32,000 nt of DNA from Candidatus Altimarinota bacterium (GTDB taxonomy: Bacteria > Patescibacteriota > Gracilibacteria > UBA1369): the NCBI GenBank assembly GCA_041659405.1, contig JBAZYK010000004.1:60001-92000 (forward strand). Direction: 5' to 3'. The translations under genes were made by a program, and so were the position numbers. Every line of letters starts with the position of its first letter. Position 1 is the first letter of the stretch. This document shows, in pieces, positions 18,405 to 26,683 of the stretch. The notes under the pieces are model-generated. The model was not told the DNA's origin and made no database searches. It worked only from the letters and a program-made list of their open reading frames with translations.

Positions 18405-20054
18405 TCAATAAACCGCATCCAGATAACACTTTTCGCAATAGACAATTTCTGCATGTTTAGGCGGATAAGTCGTCTTCATCACTGCTCCGCATTTATTACA
18501 ATGATCTGAATAGATTTTATAACTGTTTCTCATATTCATTCTGGTGCGATGCCTGCATTCATAGCAGCTTCGTGGAATTGGTAAATTTGTTTTTTTGTAA
18601 AACGCCAATTCAAGCTTGATTATGCGATAATTTTTATGACACTCCGCACAGGTTAATATTTCTTTAGTTATACTTTCATCAATCGCTCCGGAAGAATCGG
18701 GTAATGCAGCCATAGTTGCAGGTACGTAATTCTTTTTATCTTCATCAAGCCAGCTATAACCGAGTTTCAAAGCTTCCGCTTTTGTAAGCGGATAAAAATC
18801 CTGAGCGGCGGTTTCGTTGTAGTCAAAAGGTGAAACGGTTTTTGGGAAAAACTGCCCCCATTCCCCATTTTTCTTCATCTGTTCAATAATTTGTGGCACC
18901 AGCTTTTCATATTCTTCTTTTGAGTATTGCTTGTTTAAAATGCAATATTTTTTGTGTCGCAAACCTACGCACCCAAAACAGTCGGCCGAAGAAACACAAC
19001 TATCGCAATAGCGTAAACCATTGGAAAACCAGGTGTAGTTGCAGAAAGCAATATCGGTGGATCCTCTTGAAACAAGTGATGAATAGACAACTTCACACTT
19101 TGGCCAACCTGCGGAATAGCAGCCGTAAACATCTTTTGAATCACTCAACGAAATGGAATTGCAACAATCTTCACCGTTATGACCATCAAAACAATCAATG
19201 CAATTTTTTGAGTCATACAGGTATTCTCCGCTGCAATTTTCGCTGTTAATCAGTTTAAGATTTCTGCGAATTGTCTTTTTGCGAATGTCCAAAAACAGCT
19301 GATAGGCTTCCTGATAACTTTTCCATGATCCATTCAGATATTTTTTCTTAAAGGTCTCGAATTCCTCTTTGCTGCAAGGTTTATTGAAGATGTGATAACT
19401 TTTATTAATTAAATTTGAACAAAGAAAGCAATTGTTGCAGCCACGGAGTTGATAAGAAAAATAACATTCATTGCTGTTCGCGGATTCCTGCAACATGACG
19501 CAGCTATAACAATTTTCACTATCGCTGCAGTTATAACAAAGCGTGCTGTTGTGAGTGTACATTGAGTCCAAAACGTCTTTATCGTTAACCATCCAATAAG
19601 AATACATCATGTCTTCACACCCGGCTACAAGCGAGTTTAAATAGCAATTTTTAGAAGTGCGGATGTGGCCGTTATAATCACAATTTTCACTGTTAAAAAC
19701 GGAAGTTCCTTCGCGAGGAACAACTTTTTGCAGTTCGGCAAATTGTTCAAAGAATGGACGATTAAAATCGAAATCCCGACCATAATCCAGGGCTTCCCAA
19801 GTGTCTCCCCACCAGATTGAGTTGGCGTAAATTTTGAACGGACTATCCGGTCTGTAAGCACTTAAAATTTCTTTTCCAGTGGAGTCACATTTCCTTTTAT
19901 AGAGCTTCCATTCATTGCGGAAAGCCATCAATATTTGCAATCTTTCATCCGGTGTCGTAGTTGGTTCCGGTACGCCAAGGCGTTTGCAAAACTCGATTTC
20001 CTGATCCTGAAGCTCAAAATTCTTACCTGATAAGTGTGATTTTCTAATAGACAT
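18405..20054 (-). CDS. Cys-rich double zinc-ribbon/Cys-laddered repeat protein, paralog 3 of 7 (N-terminal ribbon degenerate)
   Basis: 549 aa; WWGDTWEALDYGRDFDFNRPFFEQFAEL; CFGCVGLRHKKYCILNKQYSKEEYE; C-terminal CAECHKNYRI...CYECRHRTR. The N-terminal ribbon lacks its CxxC pairs. Confidence 0.85.
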   Translation of the reverse strand: MSIRKSHLSGKNFELQDQEIEFCKRLGVPEPTTTPDERLQILMAFRNEWKLYKRKCDSTGKEILSAYRPDSPFKIYANSIWWGDTWEALDYGRDFDFNRPFFEQFAELQKVVPREGTSVFNSENCDYNGHIRTSKNCYLNSLVAGCEDMMYSYWMVNDKDVLDSMYTHNSTLCYNCSDSENCYSCVMLQESANSNECYFSYQLRGCNNCFLCSNLINKSYHIFNKPCSKEEFETFKKKYLNGSWKSYQEAYQLFLDIRKKTIRRNLKLINSENCSGEYLYDSKNCIDCFDGHNGEDCCNSISLSDSKDVYGCYSAGWPKCEVVYSSLVSRGSTDIAFCNYTWFSNGLRYCDSCVSSADCFGCVGLRHKKYCILNKQYSKEEYEKLVPQIIEQMKKNGEWGQFFPKTVSPFDYNETAAQDFYPLTKAEALKLGYSWLDEDKKNYVPATMAALPDSSGAIDESITKEILTCAECHKNYRIIKLELAFYKKTNLPIPRSCYECRHRTRMNMRNSYKIYSDHCNKCGAVMKTTYPPKHAEIVYCEKCYLDAVY

Positions 20055-20233
20055 AAGTGATAATAAAGATTTTCAAAATGATAACCCAATAAACCCGTTT
20101 TGGATAGCACTTTTCACAAAAAATTTAGAAGATTTTAATTCTGGAATATTAAGCTTGGTTAAAAGCCATGTTCTTGATATTTTATTTCATAACATTCATC
20201 ATATATATGAATTTAATTAATTTAACTAATTTT

Positions 20234-20479
20234 ATGTCAGTATTTACTTTGAAACTTTTCAACACAGGGCAAATAACCCTGCCTAAAGCATGGCGCGAAA
20301 AATTCACGACAAAGTTGTTTCTGGCAAAAGAAACCCCTGAAGGTTTATTGATCCAGCCAATCGAAAAGAATGAACTGGTCTATTTTGAAAATAAAGAAAG
20401 TTTTGGCCTGTATTGCGAAAAAGGCCTGCCAGTCGACGATATTATTTCAACCATCAAAAAAATCCATGGAGCAGATTGA
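20234..20479 (+). CDS. AbrB/SpoVT/MazE-like swapped-hairpin DNA-binding protein (orphan antitoxin-like)
   Basis: TLKLFNTGQITLPKAWREKFTTKLFLAKETPEGLLIQPIE. The track ORF starts at 20168, but the conserved domain fits the internal Met at 20234 (81 aa). Confidence 0.7.
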   Translation: MSVFTLKLFNTGQITLPKAWREKFTTKLFLAKETPEGLLIQPIEKNELVYFENKESFGLYCEKGLPVDDIISTIKKIHGAD

Positions 20480-20503
20480 GAAATGAAAGGCCTACAAAAA
20501 ATT

Positions 20504-22240
20504 CTAATAAACCGCTTCCAGATAACATTTTTCACAATAGACGATTTTCCCCCGCTTAGCGGGGGACCCCGCTGCGGCGGTGGCTGGCCTTTCCGGCGCA
20601 TAAGAAGTCTGAATTTCTGCTCCACATTTTGCACATGCACGTTTCCAAAGATGCAGGGGGTTGCGTTTGCTCATCCTTTGTTTATGCCTGCAATCAGGGC
20701 AAAGATGAGGCAAAGGGATATTCCCTTTTTTATAAAATGCCAATTCCTGTTTGATAATTCGATAATTTTTATCACAGCCATCACAGCTCAGAATTGCCTG
20801 CAGTAAGTCATCCCGAACTTCAGCGACGTTATCAGGGATCTGAATTTTTGGTCCGGCATATTTGTTTGATAAATCCTCTTCTTGAAAACCAAGTCCAAGC
20901 TTCAAAATTTGCTCTTTTGTGAGAGGAAATTGCTCGTTTGCGACCGTTTCATTATAACTAAATTCAGAAATATTCATCGGGAAAAATTCACCGAAGTCGC
21001 CACTATTCGATCCGGAAACACTTATTTTCTTCATTTGTTCGATAATGCGCGGCACAATTTTTTCATATTCTTCTTTGGAATATTGTTTGTTCAAGATGCA
21101 ATACTGCTTATGCCTAAGCCCTACGCAGCCAAAGCAGTTTTGACTGCTAAAGCATCCAACGCAATAAATCAAATCACTTGTTCCAGACCAGCATTGAATG
21201 CAAAAAAGATCATGTTTTGCGCCTAATGCCGTATTGATTGATTCATAGACAAGCTCTGCATCGCGCCCAACCGTGCTCACATCCATATTGTCTTTGGAAT
21301 TACGCCAAACGTGTTCGCTGTATTTACAGTCCTCCGCATCATGGGCATGAAAACATTCTTCGCAATTTTTGCTTTGCTGAATGTAGTCACCGGAACAATT
21401 TTCGGCCTTCAAAAATTGGGCATAGCGATGCGGAAATTTCAATAATAACTTTTCAAATTCAAGTTTATTTTTAGATAAATTGGAATAAGAACCATCCAAG
21501 TATTTTCCCTTGAGAATTTCATACTCTTCTTTTGTATATTGTTTGTTAAAAATGCAGTATTCTTTTTGGCGAAGATTCACGCAAAAAAGACAATTTTTGC
21601 ATCCGATACAATCATTCAAAAAAGCGCTATCGGAACAACCGTTACAATTTTGTGACCACTTCAAATTATAACAGTTATAGCAATTATCAACTTCATAACA
21701 TTGCTGTGACTCATGTGAAAAAGATGAGTCAACGCAGTCGGTACATTTCTGCAGCCAATAGCCATAAAGACAGTCTTCATTGTTGCTGCTTTCAAAAACC
21801 AGATAGCAGTTTTTGCAATTGGCGATCAAATTACAATAATCCGAATTTTCATTATTTTCACTTTTGATATTCATTTGTGGAACCTCGTGCCAAAGCTCAG
21901 CGAATTGCTCAAAAAACGGCCTATTAAAATCAAAATCCTTACCAAATTCAGTGGCATCCCAAGTATCTTTCCACCATTCTTTATGATCATAGACTTTATA
22001 TTTTTTGTCGGGACTATACATCGAAATCAGCTGCTTTCCCGTTAAATCACATTTACGATTATAAAGTTTTCGTTCGTTTCTAAAGGCTAACCTCCGCTGT
22101 CTTCTGCAGTCAGGGCAAAGAGTCGGCGAGGGGATTTGATATTTTTTGCCACCAAAAACAGGCGAGATTTTTTCATAAAAATTCAAGTCATTATCCGTAA
22201 TTTCGAACTGAGTTTTACACTGACGACAGTTTTTTAACAT
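20504..22240 (-). CDS. Cys-rich double zinc-ribbon/Cys-laddered repeat protein, paralog 4 of 7, with in-frame palindromic insert near the C-terminus
   Basis: 578 aa, about 40 Cys by manual count; same architecture as the other paralogs. Confidence 0.87.
   Translation of the reverse strand: MLKNCRQCKTQFEITDNDLNFYEKISPVFGGKKYQIPSPTLCPDCRRQRRLAFRNERKLYNRKCDLTGKQLISMYSPDKKYKVYDHKEWWKDTWDATEFGKDFDFNRPFFEQFAELWHEVPQMNIKSENNENSDYCNLIANCKNCYLVFESSNNEDCLYGYWLQKCTDCVDSSFSHESQQCYEVDNCYNCYNLKWSQNCNGCSDSAFLNDCIGCKNCLFCVNLRQKEYCIFNKQYTKEEYEILKGKYLDGSYSNLSKNKLEFEKLLLKFPHRYAQFLKAENCSGDYIQQSKNCEECFHAHDAEDCKYSEHVWRNSKDNMDVSTVGRDAELVYESINTALGAKHDLFCIQCWSGTSDLIYCVGCFSSQNCFGCVGLRHKQYCILNKQYSKEEYEKIVPRIIEQMKKISVSGSNSGDFGEFFPMNISEFSYNETVANEQFPLTKEQILKLGLGFQEEDLSNKYAGPKIQIPDNVAEVRDDLLQAILSCDGCDKNYRIIKQELAFYKKGNIPLPHLCPDCRHKQRMSKRNPLHLWKRACAKCGAEIQTSYAPERPATAAAGSPAKRGKIVYCEKCYLEAVY
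20546..20584. repeat. GC-rich palindromic insert inside the C-terminus of paralog 4
   Basis: Contains cccccgc-tta-gcggggg (20550-20566) and an overlapping gcgggg-a-ccccgc. Encodes ATAAAGSPAKRGK where paralogs have one residue in PERPEIVYC. Confidence 0.75.
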
Positions 22241-22252
22241 AATTCAGAGCTT

Positions 22253-23905
22253 TTAATATACTTCCTTTTCATAACATTTTTCGCAGTATACAACTTCCGG
22301 GCGATCGGGCGAATATGTGGTTTTAATTTCCGCACCACATTTTGCGCAATTTCTGGTCCAAAGTTTGCGTGGATTTCGTAAGTCAAAACGCGCCTTATAT
22401 CTGCAATTAAAGCACTTTAAAGGCACCGGGATATTCATTTTTTTATAAAGTTTTAATTCCTGACTAACCAATTTGTAATTTTTCCCGCAGCATTCACAGG
22501 TTAAAATTTTATTGGCAAAACTTTCATCAACATTGGAAATTTTTTCCGGAATTACAATTTTTGCACCCTGATATTTTGTGATGCTTTCCTCATCTTTCCA
22601 CTTAAACCCTTTTTGCAGGATTTGCTCTTTGCTAAGCGGATAATACTCATTTGCAACGGTCTCATTATAAGCAAAAGGCGAAAGTTGTGCCGGGAAAAAT
22701 TGTCCCCATTCTCCTGTTTCTTTCATATGTTCAATAATACGCGCACTCAATTTTTCATATTCTTCTTTGGAGTATTGTTTATTGAAAATACAATACTGTT
22801 TTCGGCGCAGACCAATGCAGCCAAACAGGTCTCCCGATCCGGCAAAACAGTAATAACAATGGGTTAAATTTTTAATATTATTACCGCAATAAGCGCTGAA
22901 TTTTACGTTATAAAAGCCGTTTCCGCAGAGCTGGTTTTCGTAACCAAGTTCAGCCGGCAAGCCCCAGGCATAACAATCGTAACAATCCTTGGCGCGATGA
23001 AACCAGACGCACCATTTGCAATCTTCCAGATAGGTGGAGTCATAACATTCTTCTGAATTTTTTGAAAAGAAAACGTGATCACCAGTCACATTTTCATTGC
23101 TGATTCCGGCATAATATTTATGCGGAATTGATTTTTTTAACGCATAAAATTTCTCACGGGCAGCCTCAAAAGAAGCTCTATCTTTAAGTAATTCCTGAAC
23201 TTTTTTGAAATATTCTTCTTTGGAGTATGGCTTATTAAAAATATAATATTCCTTGTTTTTTAGCGACACACAGCCAAAACAGTTCGAGCATCCTTTGCAG
23301 TCATACAGAAAATATGAATCTCGGCAATTCTGACAAATCTGACTGTGCTGCAGATTGTAGCAGTTATAACTATCAATACATTCATAGCAAAGCTCCGAAT
23401 CAAAAATAAAAAAACAGTCAGAAACATCCTTGCAGCGCTGAATATAGGTTGTATAAAAACAATCTTCACTGTCGCTCGCCGCAAAAATCAAATAACAATT
23501 TTTATTTCCGGAACTTAAATGTGTATAGTCGCAATTCACATTATCATCGTGCATGTTGATGGAAATAACCGGAACCTCCAACATCATCTCTTTGAATTGT
23601 TCAAAAAACGGCCTGTTAAAGTCAAAATCACGGCCATATTTCATTGGATCCCATTTGTCACTCCACCAACACTTATGACAATAAACTTTCACCGATTTAT
23701 CCGGCGAATAAATCGAAATTATCTGTGAGCCGCAAAGATCACATTTACGGTTATAAAGTTTGCGCTCATTACGCCAGGTTAAGCGCCTTTGCATGCGACA
23801 ATCAGGGCAAAAATTTGGCTGCGGAACCTGCATTTTTGTATAAAAAGCCTGATCCTTATCTGTGATTTCAAATGATCCGCCACATTGTTTGCAGGATTTA
23901 TTCAT
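22253..23905 (-). CDS. Cys-rich double zinc-ribbon/Cys-laddered repeat protein, paralog 5 of 7
   Basis: 550 aa; N-module retains three CxxC pairs (CKQC...CPDC...CDLC), matching the C-module (CECC...CFNC...CAKC). Confidence 0.87.
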   Translation of the reverse strand: MNKSCKQCGGSFEITDKDQAFYTKMQVPQPNFCPDCRMQRRLTWRNERKLYNRKCDLCGSQIISIYSPDKSVKVYCHKCWWSDKWDPMKYGRDFDFNRPFFEQFKEMMLEVPVISINMHDDNVNCDYTHLSSGNKNCYLIFAASDSEDCFYTTYIQRCKDVSDCFFIFDSELCYECIDSYNCYNLQHSQICQNCRDSYFLYDCKGCSNCFGCVSLKNKEYYIFNKPYSKEEYFKKVQELLKDRASFEAAREKFYALKKSIPHKYYAGISNENVTGDHVFFSKNSEECYDSTYLEDCKWCVWFHRAKDCYDCYAWGLPAELGYENQLCGNGFYNVKFSAYCGNNIKNLTHCYYCFAGSGDLFGCIGLRRKQYCIFNKQYSKEEYEKLSARIIEHMKETGEWGQFFPAQLSPFAYNETVANEYYPLSKEQILQKGFKWKDEESITKYQGAKIVIPEKISNVDESFANKILTCECCGKNYKLVSQELKLYKKMNIPVPLKCFNCRYKARFDLRNPRKLWTRNCAKCGAEIKTTYSPDRPEVVYCEKCYEKEVY

Positions 23906-23931
23906 GATTCAAAATCTTTTTAGAGTAAAAA

Positions 23932-25587
23932 TTAATAAACTTCTTTTAAATAACAGCTTTCGCAATAGACGATTTCTGGCCTATTTGGGGCGTAACTCGT
24001 CGTTATTGCTACGCCGCACTTTGCACAATTGCGTTCCCAAAGCTTGCGTGGATTTCTAGCCTCCATGCGTTCCAAGTGTCTGCATTCATGACAAATATTT
24101 GGCACGGGAACGTTAATTTTGCGATAAAGCTGTAATTCCTGAGGAATTATTTTGTAATTTTTTGAACATTTATCGCAGACCAGAATTTGTTTTGTTATTT
24201 CATTTGGAGTTTCCTGAATATTTTTTGAAATAATGACTTTTGATCCCTGATATTTACCTGAAAGATCTTCATTTTTCCAGTTTGCTCCTATCTTTTTTGC
24301 CTGTTCAGGTACTAATGGAAAATAATCCTGAGCCAAAGTCTCGTTATAACTAAAAACAGAAATGCTCATCGGGAAAAATTGCCCCCATTCGTCCGTTTTT
24401 CGCATGTGTTCAATGATTCGCGGCACTAATTTTTCGTAATCTTCTTTGGAGTATTGTTTATTCAAAATACAATATTCATTCTTTTTTAGGCCTACGCAGC
24501 CAAAAATATTTTTTGAATTAAAGCAAAGACTATTGTAATAATCAAAACTATCAAACCAGCAAATATCGTTAAAGGCATGCATATAATTACTTTCGCTACC
24601 CACGGCTTCATAAACAAGTTCGGAATTGTCATCATTGATAACGTCATAAGAATCCTTCATATTGGTTGCATTGCAAACAAATTTGCAATCCTGGAGATTT
24701 TTGCCTTCGTAACAATTCAGGGAATTTTTTGAATTAAAAAGCGCGTCACCTGTACAGTTTTCTAAGTTTACGCCGTTTATATATTTCCTTATTGCCTGCT
24801 TTTTTAGCTCATTAAATAGAGCTTTACTCGCTTCGAAGTTTTTAAGCAATTCGGGAAGTTTTTTGCGATATTCTTCTTCACTATACTTTTTATTCTCGAT
24901 ATAAAATTCAGCATTATTAAGATTGCAGCAGGCAAAACAGTTTTTACAGCCCTTTAAATTAAAGCCTAAAATACAGTCACTGCAGTTATTTGAATTTTGT
25001 AGATATTGTGAGTTGTAGCAATTTTCGCAGTCCACTAGTTCATAACAAAGTTCACCTGTATTAAGGTTTGAGCATTCAGCACAATCCTTCATTTTAAAAC
25101 TGCGATTGGAATAGTACGAATTTTCACAATATCCACATGTAAATAAAAGATAAGAATTTTTATTACGAAATCCAAAGTTACAATATTCACTGTTTTCGAT
25201 TTCTTTATTGATGAGTGCAATTCGCGGTACGACTTTTAAAAGTTCGGCAAATTGCTCAAAAAATGGCCTATTAAAATCAAAATCACGGCCATAATCCAAG
25301 GGATTCCATTGGTCTCCCCACCAGGCTTCGCGGCCATAAACTTGTACAGGTTTGTCGGGACTATACATTGAAATGATTTCTTTCCCTGTTAAATCGCATT
25401 TTCGATGATAGAGTTTTCTTTCATTGCGAAATGCTAAACGCCTCTGCATGCGGCAATCAGGACAAAATACCGGTGCGGGTATTTGGTATTTTTTACCAGC
25501 AAAAATTGGAGAGATTTTTTCGTAAAATTTCGAATCCTCATCAGTGATTTCAAACGCGTTTCCGCATTGTCTACAGTTTTTAGTCAT
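23932..25587 (-). CDS. Cys-rich double zinc-ribbon/Cys-laddered repeat protein, paralog 6 of 7
   Basis: 551 aa; same architecture; 26 bp upstream of paralog 5 on the same strand. Confidence 0.87.
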   Translation of the reverse strand: MTKNCRQCGNAFEITDEDSKFYEKISPIFAGKKYQIPAPVFCPDCRMQRRLAFRNERKLYHRKCDLTGKEIISMYSPDKPVQVYGREAWWGDQWNPLDYGRDFDFNRPFFEQFAELLKVVPRIALINKEIENSEYCNFGFRNKNSYLLFTCGYCENSYYSNRSFKMKDCAECSNLNTGELCYELVDCENCYNSQYLQNSNNCSDCILGFNLKGCKNCFACCNLNNAEFYIENKKYSEEEYRKKLPELLKNFEASKALFNELKKQAIRKYINGVNLENCTGDALFNSKNSLNCYEGKNLQDCKFVCNATNMKDSYDVINDDNSELVYEAVGSESNYMHAFNDICWFDSFDYYNSLCFNSKNIFGCVGLKKNEYCILNKQYSKEDYEKLVPRIIEHMRKTDEWGQFFPMSISVFSYNETLAQDYFPLVPEQAKKIGANWKNEDLSGKYQGSKVIISKNIQETPNEITKQILVCDKCSKNYKIIPQELQLYRKINVPVPNICHECRHLERMEARNPRKLWERNCAKCGVAITTSYAPNRPEIVYCESCYLKEVY

Positions 25588-25776
25588 ACGTAGGCGAGTT
25601 GCAATTTATTAAAATTATTTTAAACTCACAGCTTACATTTATACCACACTGTATTACTTTGTAAACTTAATGGAAAAAGAAAGACAAAGCAATGTACCAT
25701 AATAGCCCTTACATAAGCCTTTACAGCTGGATCTAATTGATGTATATTATCTGTAGAAACACTTTTACAACAAGAC

Positions 25777-25837
25777 CGCCAAAGGCGATCCGCGCCTGCC
25801 CTAAGCAGGCATAGCAGTTAACTCCTGCAAAGCAGGA
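25777..25837. repeat. Cluster of three short GC-rich hairpins
   Basis: cgcc-aaa-ggcg (25777-25787), gcctgc-cctaa-gcaggc (25794-25810), tcctgc-aaa-gcagga (25823-25837). Confidence 0.55.
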
Positions 25838-25870
25838 ACAAAATTATTAATTCATATAATTCCAAGTTGA

Positions 25871-26650
25871 ATGTTCTACCCCGATTTTGATCTTTTAGGC
25901 CTAACTGAAACCGAAGGCAAAGTTTATATGGCAACGCTGGAGCTTGGAGGAGGCTACGTTAGCGCGTTAGCCCGCCGAGCCAAACTTCCACGCGTAAACT
26001 GTTACCACACGCTTGAAAACCTGGTTAAAAAGGGCCTGGTGAGCTTTATTACGAAAGATAAGGTTAGGTATTACTCTGCTGAACCGCCGCAAACCATTGT
26101 TCATGCTCTTGAAGAAAAAAGTAAATACGCCCGAAAAATTCTTCCTGAGCTCCTTTCCATCACCAATACGCTCGCCTTTAAGCCAAAAATTAAATATTTT
26201 GAAGGAATGGAAGGAATTAAAAACATTTTGGAAGATGTCTTAACGATGAAAGAAGACCCTTCAACAGCCAAAAAAGAAATGCTCGGTTATTCCAACTTGA
26301 AAGCCTTTGGCGAGATTTTGGATGATTTTATTCCCAATTACGCCGCCGAAAAAATGAAGCGCAACATTAAAACCCGCATTATTTGCCCCAGTAGTTCGGA
26401 AGCATTTTCTTACGTGAAAAATCATTATCCCAAAAATTTCCCACCGGAACTTGTTGAGATTTTATTCGTAAATCCAAAAGAATTCTGGTTCGAACATCAG
26501 ATCATGATTTACAACAACAAAGTGGCAGTTATCTCTTTAAATAAAGAAGAACTGGTTGGGATGATTTTTGAAAGTCCGGTCTATGCGCGCTCGCAAACGG
26601 CAATTTTTAATCTGGCCTGGTTGGGCGCCAGCAGCTTTATTGCGCTGTGA
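25871..26650 (+). CDS. TrmB-like transcriptional regulator
   Basis: 259 aa; N-terminal winged-helix region LGLTETEGKVYMATLELGGGYVSALARRAKLPRVNCYHTLENLVKKGLVSF; larger C-terminal effector-like domain. Confidence 0.8.
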   Translation: MFYPDFDLLGLTETEGKVYMATLELGGGYVSALARRAKLPRVNCYHTLENLVKKGLVSFITKDKVRYYSAEPPQTIVHALEEKSKYARKILPELLSITNTLAFKPKIKYFEGMEGIKNILEDVLTMKEDPSTAKKEMLGYSNLKAFGEILDDFIPNYAAEKMKRNIKTRIICPSSSEAFSYVKNHYPKNFPPELVEILFVNPKEFWFEHQIMIYNNKVAVISLNKEELVGMIFESPVYARSQTAIFNLAWLGASSFIAL

Positions 26651-26683
26651 TATAGCCGAATTTCACAAAGTGCGGCGAGCGGC

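Noticed and set aside
12394-25025. Plus-strand track ORFs of about 65-157 aa lying inside the minus-strand Cys-rich and ATPase genes
   Set aside because: They are antisense shadows of long conserved coding sequences, without recognisable domains or consistent conservation.
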